NCBI GenBank assembly: GCA_013265495.1
Contig: MU062958.1
Location: forward strand, 1,860,402 to 1,924,401
Reading direction: 5' to 3'
From: Vicugna vicugna
Lineage: Eukaryota
Length of the DNA: 64,000 nt
Part shown: piece after piece, positions 34,575 to 45,991 of the stretch
Layout: each line of letters starts with the position of its first letter
How positions within the stretch are numbered: position 1 is the stretch's first letter
Program-made: the position numbers and the translations under genes
The notes under the pieces: generated by a model
What the model saw: the letters and a program-made list of their open reading frames with translations, nothing else
What the model was told of the DNA's origin: nothing
The model's database searches: none

Positions 34575-37096
34575 GTGAGCATTCGGGATCCCTAAGAGCG
34601 GCTCAGTCTGTATGCTTGGCCGGAAACCTTCCCCTCAGGCGCGAGGCGGAGTCACTTCCCGGTTAGCTAGTCTGTAAACGTCTAATCCTCTAACATCGGG
34701 AAAGCCGCGGGGCATGCTCTGTGCCGCGCGCTTCAGACCAGGCAGATTAGCCAAGCTGGCAGCGCTAGGACAGCCGAGCACTAGTGCAGGGCGGCTGGGC
34801 GGCCTCCCTGCACTCAGAGGCCTGGAATCCTTGACCATGCTTCTTTACCCGTCTTTGCTGCTCACAAGGTAGGAACTTGCCTGTGTGAGTGCTTACTTTT
34901 CTGAGGTTCCTAGGATGCTCCCGCAGGATGCTGTCGCCCTTGTGCCAAAGCTGGTGGTCCAACAGGGCTGGGTGCTCAGCCCCCTCCAGCTCCGACAGGA
35001 CACACACTAGTTAACGACCAGGCGGAGTGCAGGAGCGGTGGCGAGAGCTCCCCCAGCCCGGGCGCCTCTCGCTGGGCTTCTGGCGCCCTGCTTCAGCCCT
35101 TCTGCCGCAGGGGCCTGGGGGCTGGCTGGACGCTGGGAAGACAAGCTTGTCCCCCTGGGTGGCTGCCAGCCCTGTTTAGCTTCTGATTCCTTAAGGTTCC
35201 ATTCAGAGCAGCATATAGACCCCTCTTGTGAGCTGCAGTTAGAGAACCAAACAGCCCAGACAGTCAATGGGAAAGTGTTTAGAGGTGGAAGTGGTATTTT
35301 GGCCAAGACTTGGGAGAGTCAACTGAGTGTCCCTCCTGGAGGCAGAGAGAAGTAGCCACTGGGCACAGACCCTGGTGTGCAGCGTCTTCGCCTGATCATT
35401 ATTTCCTGTCAGTTGGATTCCATTTACAAAAGGATGGAGTGTGGGTCTGGCTTCCTTCTTGCGTAGATCCTTGGGACAATCTAGCAAGCACAGTCAGCTT
35501 AAAAAAAAAGAAAAAAAAAAAGAGCAAGCTGCCACGGGGCCCTTTGTGCAGGTCTGAAGGGCTGTGTTCGCGATCTCAGCTTGAGATTGTCATTTCTGGC
35601 TCTTAATGGGCAGGTTGCCAAATACAGTGCCAACCAGTGAAGTGTATATTTTAAGGGTGGAGAGCAGTCGTTCGTAAAAACATTAATAATGTATTTTAAA
35701 ACATCTGTTGGCTTGATGCCTTCTGATAAACCAGTTGTTTTGCCATTGGGTTCTCTTGCCCCAACTGGCTTTAGAGGGAGTTTTTCTGTTTCTCCGAAGT
35801 TGGTGGTTAATTACTTGAAGTTGCGTCTTCCGGGAACCAGAGCAGGTCCGGTGCAGCGGGGATGAATGTGACGGTCCTGCCCGTGGTGAGGTTCCATTTC
35901 AGCAATTTTGGTAAAAGTCCGTGGCTGCTTATAAAAGATCGTCAGATTCTTAGATTCTAAACTGTAATCAGAGTAGACCTCGCAGCTTCTCACGTTTACA
36001 GAATCAGGATACTTCGGATGTTGGCATTCAGGAAGCAACCCCTTGCCAAAGAAAGCCTGTATCAAATAATAGGTACACCCTGCAGATCATTTGGAGTGGG
36101 GAAAAAAAATTAGGGATGCTTAGAAACTAGCACTAAAACGTGTCGAGAGGCCAGTGTGCCTACACGCCGCCCGGAAGCCGGGTACGAGCTGTCTGTCCTC
36201 TCTCCCTCTTAAGGACCAAATGAGTGAAAGTTGGCTTCAGTCGCATTGGGGATTTTTATTTATACACAAGGAAGGCTTCCTGTCAGTGAGAGTGCTGATC
36301 ACTGAACGAGGTTCCCCAGAACGGTCATTGGGCCCCAGCAATTTCGGAGCAGGCCCTGTGTGCAGAGCTGGTGGCGGGTGTCTCAGAGGCCATCAGACCC
36401 CAGCCCTGCCCTCAAGCCTGCAGGTGGACGGTGAGGAGAGGGCCATGCTCCCGCAAGACAGCAACATGGTAGCAGGGGGCTCCTCCCTCTCGCCACACGA
36501 GGGTCGGAGGCTGGAGTGTTGCTGGGATGTTCTTGCAACAGGGACCACCTCAGTCACGCCCTCAGTGGCAACAGTAGTCAACTGGAGATGCTAGACGCCT
36601 TCCCCCCTCTGCCTCTGTTCTGAATCATCAGGCCTATTACCAGTACCTGTCCGAGTCCGCATCTCTACCCATGTTCCTTAAAAATTTCCGGGATCACGTG
36701 TGGCTCTTGGGGCTCTCAGCTGGGTTAACGTCCCTTCTCACAGACTCCAGCGTAGTTTGGCCCGGGGAGTCTCACAAAGGGCTCCCAGTGGTCGTCTTCA
36801 AGCGTACTGACCCTTCCCTGGGCATGGTCACTCTTACCTCCTTGGGATTTACTTTGCTGCAACAACAAGGCGAGAAGAGAGACCTGATCCTCCCCAGTCC
36901 CTTGGAAAGATGCTGTATTCAGGAGGGGAGCCGCTTTCGTTTCAGTAACAAGCCAACCTCGACAAGTCTGCATATTTTCTGACACTAGTCTTCCTCTTGG
37001 GAGCAAGAGTAAGGGAATTGGGGCCAAGGGTATTTGCTGGCTTTCTCATGGTGATGAAGCAGTCTGTGTTTACACGTAAGATGAGCCTTGTAGAAA

Positions 37097-37155
37097 TAAC
37101 ACATACACACACACACACATGCACGCACGCATTCAAACACACATATCCAAACACA
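37097..37155. repeat. (AC)n-rich microsatellite; also TA-rich at about 7785-7835 and (GA)n at about 37810-37824
   Basis: Direct inspection. Confidence 0.8.
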
Positions 37156-37382
37156 CACCCATCTGTTTTACAAGTAGCATTTTCTGACTATGCCACCCCC
37201 GTCTCCACCTAGGTAAGACTGGTGAACTTTCTGTGGCCACACAGGAGGGTCAGTCTGTGGATGTTCAGGAAGGCTCTGCGGGGCCCAGCCGACCCCGTGC
37301 GGGCCCAGATCTGTTGACAATGCAGCCTGCCTGACAGCCTCTTCCCGGAAAGAGTAAGGCCGTTCTGTTTTGATTTCGGTAG

Positions 37383-37430
37383 ATAATCTTGTGCCGCGGA
37401 AGTCAGAAGGGCAAAACGAAGCACTCCTGA
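37383..37430 (+). CDS. WIPI1: WIPI1 exon 13, coding part (IILCRGSQKGKTKHS*)
   Basis: Acceptor gatttcggtag|; 48 nt ending TGA; completes a 1341-nt CDS (446 aa), the recalled length of human WIPI1. Confidence 0.95.
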   Translation: MILCRGSQKGKTKHS

Positions 37431-37862
37431 TGGGAAGCGCACCTCAGAAATCAGGACCTCCCCTGTCAGGGGGTTTTGGAGGAAGCAAGGAAGGTGGAAG
37501 AAAGGAGTGCGAGTGTGTGAGCAGAATGGGGGGCAGGAACCCCAGGTGCCGCCTGCTTAAGCCACGGGACACAGTCCACGGCCCAGCCAGCTCTTCTCAG
37601 CCCTGGTTGCCCGTGGGTGCGGGAGACACGGTGCACACACGTCCTGCCACTGAAAGCACGTTACAGCCGTAGAGCCCATGCGAACTAACCATATTGGTCC
37701 ATAACCCGAATTTTATATTTAAAAAGGGCATCCTTTTAAAATGTCTGCTGTGTAAACGTGTACTTACAGGAAAACCTCTTCGAATTGTACTTCTTGTGTA
37801 TTACATGCCTAGAGAGAGAGAGAGACTATTTTAGCCAGGCAAAGTATTTTTGCAGTCATTGG

Positions 37863-37911
37863 AATAAATCATTTATTACCTTTGAGTCCCATTTAGGACA
37901 CTAATAATAAA
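37863..37911 (+). terminator. WIPI1 poly(A) signals
   Basis: AATAAA at 37863-37868 and 37906-37911, about 430-480 nt after the stop codon, followed by T-rich sequence. Confidence 0.75.
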
Positions 37912-37949
37912 ATCATGGCAATGCACTTTTGAGGCTTTAAAAATTTATT
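37872..37949 (-). terminator. Candidate ARSG poly(A) signals
   Basis: Minus-strand AATAAA (plus TTTATT) at 37872-37877 and 37944-37949; a more proximal ATTAAA lies at 38356-38361; which one is used cannot be told from sequence. Confidence 0.55.
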
Positions 37950-38646
37950 TCTTGGTGGCGTTAGGAAGCAGGAAGAACTCCTAAAATCTTTAAAATACAG
38001 CCAGTTGACCTGTAAAAGGGGGCGGGGGGGCGGGTAGGGACTTGGAGTAATGTGGGCACTTCTGCTCTGAGACCTGGAAACGGATCTAAGTTTGTCAGGT
38101 CTGTGTCCACGCTGCTCATGGCATTCCAGGGGGAGCTTCCTAGATGGGGAGGGTCTCAGCACCCCCCCAGGCCCACTTTCACAAGCCCCCAGGTGATCTG
38201 TATGCACACAGAGACGGAGAGGCACCGCCCTAGACACCAGCTGGGATGAACCTGTTAACATGACCAGCGAAACTGGGTGCGTTGAAAAACTGGCAGTGTA
38301 TCGAACGCCTGCTCTGTGTCGTCTAATACGCCCAGCATTTTTCATATATTGCCCGTTTAATCCTCAAAATCAGCTTGCAAGTTAGGTTAAATAATCACCC
38401 ACGTTCAAAAGCTGGGACCGGAACCCGGTCTGGCTCCCTCCACAGCCCCGGTGCTTTCTCTTCCAGCTCGGCGCGGAGTTTGCCCTCTTGAGCCGGCACG
38501 CGGGAGGGGCAGCAGGGGGCCGCAGAGCGGTGGCTTCAGAGCAAAATTCCAAGACTGACTCTGAAAGCACACAGAGCTGCTGTGAGGAGGGTCTGACTGC
38601 AGCTGGGATGTGAACGTGCCCCGTTTCTGGTCCCCCAACGTTCGTG

Positions 38647-38921
38647 TCACACGGTCTGGCAGCGGCAGGCAGCTCGCTGGGGGTTACAGCAGGGAGTTAC
38701 CGAGGGATCCTGAGCGTAATCCGCTCTGGAGGTGTTGTCATCGGCAATGTCTCGAAGGACACCCGCCAGAGCCTCTCTGACCTTGGGCAGTGCCCTCCGG
38801 TACTCGGCGCTCCCCCTTTCTAGAGGCAGGGCTTCTGCTACATCGTCTTCCAGGTTAAAGATAAGGGGGGGCTCATGGTGCAGCTCGGGCCCGACGCTCC
38901 CATCGCAGGCTTTGGCTCCAC
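38647..38921 (-). CDS. ARSG: ARSG last coding exon ([30 protein letters not shown]...[20 protein letters not shown])
   Basis: Minus-strand acceptor ctctctag| (plus ct at 38922-23); TGA at 38649-38647; Cys-rich arylsulfatase C-terminus; 275 nt. Confidence 0.96.
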
Positions 38922-40699
38922 CTAGAGAGAGGGTGACAACGGACACCCCGTCAAACCCAGCGTTCGCCTTACATAATAAAGAGAACTGTGATGGATTCTA
39001 AATGAATCCAAACGTCCCAGGACTCGAATACTCAAAATCATCGCTCTCCCGGTCCAAGCAATCGTCTCGAGAACCTGCGTACTCATTCCGGGAATGCTCA
39101 GTTGTCCAAAGTGATTTAGAACTTCTCCTTGGACTTGGCTTCAGAGTCAGTAGGACACTGACTCAAAATACCTTTCACTTCTACCCTTTGGGAGTAAATC
39201 TGATTTTTTTTTAATGAATTTCTTGAATACAGAGGTTACTCACCACAGCAAATCAGGCAGGGAGGCGAGATGAGTACCTTCACCTTGGGCTGCAATTCAG
39301 ATTCTTGTATGAATTAGAATCTGGCTGTTAAGGTGGTCCCCAAAGAGAGGTGATGAAATGTCTGGAGTGATGGCAGCATCCTTGGGTGTTAATGACTCAG
39401 ATGACCCCCCCACCCCTGTTTGCATGCAAAAAGGTCTTTAGGTTCCTGACAGAAATGAATATAATATAACTGCATAATCAAAAGGAACTGAGGCAAAGGC
39501 TAGCCCTTGGAAATACAGGCAATCCTAAACACCCTCTTTTTGTCTCTGAGCTTCTTAGCAACCAAACATGAGTAAGGTAGACATTTACCAACTGCTCTGG
39601 GGGGAAGAGGGGCCTTTTTCTGGCTCTGAGGTGCGGGAGAACTTTTTTCCCACTGACTCCTCCTAGGGGGGACCCTGTCTGATGGCACGCACCACAGCAT
39701 CCTTAGGAAAAACACAGCTGTGTGATCAGGGCAGTCCAGCTGATGACCTTGTATCACACCTTCCCTTCAAGCTGATAGCACAGAGCCCACGTGCAAGTCA
39801 GTGAAAGCAAAGCTCCACGCAGGGGCCAGCGTCCTGCCACCCGAGGACACAGCCTCCCTTCTGGGCCAGTCTGGACAGAAGAAACCTTGAAATGCTGAAG
39901 GCGAAGACTGGGTAGATCACATGCCCTTTAGGCGGCCCCTGTTCTTGCTTTTCCTCCTGCGACTGAGATTCCATTTGCTCAGCAGAAACTAAGACCTATT
40001 GCCTCTGCCTAGTGTTTGGAGTTGAAGCTGGCTCTCTGCCAATAAACAGAGGCGGCCCGAACTCTGGCAATCAATCAAGGTAAGGTTAAAGGCTTCCACT
40101 TAAGGGAAGAGTGAAGTAGCTCATATAGAACTAATCCTCCTGCAGATGACAATGTTAAGTTCCAAGCAACAGATTTAAAAAAAAAAAACAGCCGGTTGAA
40201 GGCACCCAAAAATCATCCATGCAGGCAGAAAGGAATTCAGTTCCTGAAAGGAGGAAGCCACATTGGGTTGGGTCTTTAATTTTTTTTTTTTCTCCTGGAG
40301 ACAGACCCCCTCCCAGTCAGTGCAGCACGGAGCCCCGGGAGGAGGCTGTGGTCCCTTTGGTGTGAGGGGTCAGGGGACAGAGTTCAGGGCTGCCACAACA
40401 GATGAAAATTGGTGGCCAAATCCTGGGAGAGAGCTGGAGAGGGGAAGCCTTAAAATCTGCCAGTAAGCGCCCTTCAGAACGTCAGCTGACCCCTAACTGC
40501 ACGCACTTCATGTTTTCCCACTGAAGTCCCCAAAGGCTCGTGCTAGGAGCAAAGCCCACGTCCCAGAATGAAGGCACTTACCTAAGATTAAGGACAAACT
40601 CTGAAAGAGCCAGTTCTAACAAAGGACAAAACCAAGCCGTATACCAACCAAAGCTCCCCAAGTTTAAGTAGTAATTCACTGCTGTGAGGAAAAAAAAAC

Positions 40700-42185
40700 C
40701 AAAAGCAACACTCCTCGGATCACGAGTCAGAATCTCTCAATGCATCACACACAATGTCCAGTTTTGAAAAACTACTAAATAGGAAGCGTCTAGTTTCTGG
40801 TCCAGCCTGGGAGGGGCCTGGAAGTCATCCCTCCGACCTAACAAGCAAAAAGCAGAACAGACTGAAACACCGACGACTCCTCTTAGATCCATCAGAGGAG
40901 TGAGGTCACAGGGCAACCCTCTGGCCCCGCAAACTGGAGAGACAGGCAGGTGAGTCCAGAGTCACAACGCACCAGAGCAGACACCCACCAGCTGGACTCT
41001 GGGACCCAGCGCCCTGGTAGAAAAACCCAAACTGTGCCTGACAAACTGCTGGGGGCTCAGCGTGGACGAGTCCAAGCCTTCAAAACCCCATGGGGGTGGG
41101 GGGGGTCATCTTTTAGATGAAAATTCTAAAAAAAAAAAAACCAGAAAAATGAAATGCCAGTGATCAAAAACACTGTAACAGAAATAAGAATAAGGATTCC
41201 ACTGATGGACTCGTTAGTAGGGTACGTGGCTGAGGGTCTCTGAGTTTGAGGACATGTCAAAAGAAGCTTCCAAAACTGAAAAGCAAAGAGGAACAAAGTC
41301 TGGAAAAAGAAAAAAAAAAAAACCAGAATATCCAAAAACTGTGGGAAAACTACTAAAAGCGTAGTGGGACAACTGCGTAATGGGAATACCATTAGGAAGG
41401 AGGAAAGTGAGAGAAAGTAACAGAAGAAATACATGAAACAATAATGTCTGAGATTTTCTGCAAATTAGTGTCAGACGCCAAACCACAGATCGAGGAACCT
41501 CAGGGAACGCCGAGCAGGATAAATGCCTTTAAAAGACACTGTCAAGAGAATGAGAAAACAAGCCACAGACTGGAAGAAGATATTTGCAGAAGATACATCT
41601 GATGAAGGACTGTTACCCAAAATACTTAAAGAATTCTTAAATCTCAACAGTAAGAATAAGACCCAAAACCTGGACACCTCACCAAAGAATATACACAGTT
41701 AGCAAATAAGCAAACGAAAGGATGCGCAACACCATATGTCATATTAGTAGTCGCAAATTAAAAAATGAGACATCACTACACACCTTTTAGAATGGTCAAA
41801 GTTAAAAAAAAAAAAAAAACTCCGACAATAACAAATGCTGGTGAGGACGTGGAGCAACAGGAATGTCATTCACTGCTAATAGGAACGCAAAATGGTACAG
41901 CCACTTTGGAAGACGGTTTGGTGGCTTCTTCCTAAACACACTACCGTATGATCTAGCAATCAAAGTTCTTGGCATTTATTCAAATGAGTTTATGTCCATA
42001 CAAAGACCCTTGCATGGATGTTTATAGCATAATTGTCAAAACAACTTATTCATAATTGTGAACACGTAGAAGCAACCCAGGTGTCCTTCAGGGAATGAAT
42101 AAAGTGGTACCTCCAGGCAATAGAATATTATTCAGCACTGAAAACAGATAAGCTCAAGCCATGGAAAGACACGGAGAAACTGTAA
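40700..42185 (+). mobile_element. Old fragmented L1 (5' region/ORF1 piece joined to ORF2 3' piece)
   Basis: aagaaatgaaatgcc..tgatggactcgttag (ORF1-like); caagccacagactggaagaagatatttgca, gatctagcaatc (ORF2 3'-like); boundaries approximate. Confidence 0.75.
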
Positions 42186-42189
42186 ATGT

Positions 42190-42930
42190 TGTATTAGTCA
42201 GCACAGGCTGCTATAACAAAATGCCATAAACTGAGGAGCTTAAATGATAGAAATTTATTTTCTCACAGTTCTGGAGGCTAGAAGTCAAAGAACAAGGTTC
42301 TTGAAAATTTGGTTCCTAGTGAGGGCTCTCTTCGTGGCTTGCAGACAGCTGTCTTCTCACTACACCATCACAGGGCCTTTCCTCAGTGCACGTGCACAGA
42401 GGGAGGTAAAAAGAGAGAAGCCTGTCTCATATCCCTTCCTATATGGACACTAATCCTACTGGATCAAGGCCCCACCCCTAGGACTTCATTTGACCTTAAT
42501 TACTTCCTTAGACACCCATCTCCAAATACTGCCACACTGGGGGTTAAGGCTTTAACATATGAATTTGGGAAGGACACAAACATTTAGTATATAACATTCT
42601 TCCCCTGGCCACCCCCCTGCAAATTCATATCCTTCTCATGTGCAAAATATATTCACTCCATCCTAATAGCCACCCCCCCCACAAAATCTTAACTCATCCC
42701 AGCATCAACACTGAAGTCTGAAGTCCGAAGTCTCGTCTAAACATCACCTAAAACAGATGTAGGTGTGACTAATACTCAGGTATGATTAACTTCTTCCAGC
42801 TCTGAACCTGTAAAACCAGGCAAGTTATAAGCTCCCAAAATACAATAGTGGGGCAGGCATAGGATAGACACTCCTATTACACAAGGGAGAAATAGGAAAG
42901 AGAAAGAGAGAGTGATTACAGAGGATTCAT
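42190..42930 (+). mobile_element. MLT1-type MaLR LTR plus adjacent internal fragment
   Basis: tgtattagtc..ggctgctataacaaaatgcca..atttattttctcacagttctggaggctagaagtc; 3' part ending gggaggacacaaacatt-like, then MaLR-int-like sequence. Confidence 0.8.
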
Positions 42931-43119
42931 CGAAAACTACATTGTTTCATGATTGCCACGGTACAGACGAAGTAAGAGGTGGCTGAGAGCCTCGGGCACC
43001 CTAGATGTGGGGAAATACGGGGTTGGTGTTTGGAGTCAGACCTTGGATTGGAATTTGTTCTCTGTCCCATAAATCTATTAATCAAGTGGTCTTGGGTGAA
43101 CCCTAATGTAAACAATAGA

Positions 43120-43990
43120 TTTTGGGTGGCAATGATGATGTCAATCTAAGTTCATTGATTGTAACAGGTGTACCTTTCTGCTTAAAGGGAAAATTGCGGC
43201 TATAAACGCTTATGTTTTTGAACATAAGAAAAGTTTAAAATTGACTGTCTAAATGTCCTCTTTAGGAAACGAATAAGGAGAGTAAATGAAAGTAAGTAAA
43301 GAAGGAAAGAATAAAAATAAAAGCAGAAGTCATGACATAGAAAAAAAATAAGAAATGAACAGAACTCAAAGTTGCTTCATTAAAAAGATTAATTGAAAAG
43401 ATAATGAGGGAACATTCTGAACAACTTTAGGTCAATAAATCTGACAACTCAGATGAAATGGATGAATTATTTTAGAAATACAACTTACCAGAGCTGATAC
43501 AAGAAGAAATAAAAGATCTGAATAGCCCTATACCTAGTAAAGAAATTAAATTTGTAACCAAGAACTTTTCCATCAAGAAAGCCCCACGCCCCAATAGTTT
43601 CACTGGTGAATTCAACGAAACGTGAAAGAAATAATGCCAATCTCACACAACCCCTTCCCAAAAATAGAGAAGGGAACACTTTCCAACTTACTTCACAAGG
43701 TTAGAAAAAATCCTGATAGCCAAATGCTGGAACAGACATGACAAGAAAGGAAAATATAGACAAAAATCTCAGCAAATCAAATCCATCAATATATATTAAA
43801 AAAAAAAAAAAGAATACATCACAACTCAGTAGGACTTATCCAGGAAGATAAAGTTGACCTGACATTTGAAAACCAGTCGGTGTAATTCACAGCATTACGA
43901 GGGTGTGAGTATGTATGCATTTATTTAAAAAACTCATCAAATTGTGCAGTTTAGATCTGTCTCTTTCATGGTGTGTAAAGTTTCCCTTAA
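43120..43990 (+). mobile_element. Old L1 ORF2 fragments
   Basis: gacaactcagatgaaatggatgaatt..caacttaccagagctgatacaagaagaaat..ctgaatagccct; cactggtgaattc. Confidence 0.78.
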
Positions 43991-45583
43991 TTGCTTTTTT
44001 TTTTAAAAAAGGAAAAACCACAAGAGAACTGAATTCTGGGCTACACACAAACAGAGACCATGCCTTTTAAGGCTCGTCCTAGTTCACAACCAAAATAAAT
44101 CACATCCTCATCACAGAAGGATACATGCATCTTTTTCTAATCTAATGTAGTAGATGTCAATTCATCTTGCTTATCCAAGAGAGCACTTTTAAGGAACTGG
44201 GATGCAGATTTTCAGGGACCAGGGTTGGGGGAGGGAGGAATCAGGACACATCCAGGCGTCATCCCGTTTCATCCCACTCACAAGTTTCACCCCATCTGTT
44301 GAGATTTCCGTTCACCCGCGCTAACTCTCCTGGGAGTCTGGTGACTCCTCGGAAGAACAGGCCTCCCGTGGGTATCATAATTCCTATCTGATTGTGATCA
44401 CTTTAAACAGTCCTATTACTTCATAGCAACATTTATGATCTGACCATTGTGGTGCCAAGGGTTTTCTGGCAGGGTTATGACTTCTGAAATTAACTCAGCC
44501 TGGAGAAACCATACCTCTTCGATAGCGTAATGTAAGGGCTGTAATCTAGACACTTTCCATCTGAAAACATAACAGAAATCTGGACTGGTCTGCATTTTAC
44601 GTTTCAGAGAATCAAAGATTCTTGTGGCATTTTTAATATCCCTCAAGTTATGAACTCAAAGGACTTGTTTTGTTTTCATGCCACATTCTCTTTGGGGTCA
44701 CTTATTCACGCTCAGGGAAAATCACTTTTGTTCTTTATTGTATAATTCTTTGGAAAGCTCTCACATGAAATAACTGCATCAAATTGGAATCCACATCAGG
44801 TCCCAGATTTTGGTGGGGTTTTCTTTTGGGGGGCCGTAGGGAGCTGGTTGCTTTTTCGTTTGTCTTTTGAAAATTGTTAGGGTTCCTACTAGGTGCAAGA
44901 TTGTGTGCCAAGCACATCAAGACAACAAAGACTAAATAGTGTACAGAGCTCTGAGCTTAGAGAGCTTAAAACTATTAGAAGAAATGAAACGTGTACTTAA
45001 ATAACTTGCCTCGGTGGCAGAATGTGACAGAGAACGAGAGTTCTCCGTACCCTACCAGCTGGGAAGATGAGAAGGGGAGCCTGTGATCCAGGTGGCCTTA
45101 AAAGATGAGAGAGATTCCAAGATGGAGGCCAAGGAAGAGGTCCATTGCTCTGGGAGCTAAGATTTTAAACGTGGAGGGACCTAGGATGGGGGGAGTCTGA
45201 ATTCAGCTGCAAGCAAGAAGCCACTGGAAGATTTTTGAGAACCATCCTGACCCAGTATCACATTCATAAGACACATGTTTAAGATGGCCCCAGGGTGAGC
45301 CAAGGAGACTTACATCTGCTGAATAGACCTCTAACATTTACTTTCTGAAACAGTCTATTGTCAAGTAAATTACACTTTAAAATATCTCTGAGCTTCCACT
45401 TAATGTTCTGCCAAACTAACATCAAAAGCGGAACAATGGAATGAAACGTTTTCCGTGTGACAAGGGACTGCATAAATGTGCTGGACCAGCTCTGAGCTTG
45501 CTGGAAATCTAGATGAACAGCAGAAAGACCTTGTCTGCATATTTGTGGGTGCAGAGGGTCCGTGTTGGGCCCTCGGGAGCTCA

Positions 45584-45991
<408 letters not shown>

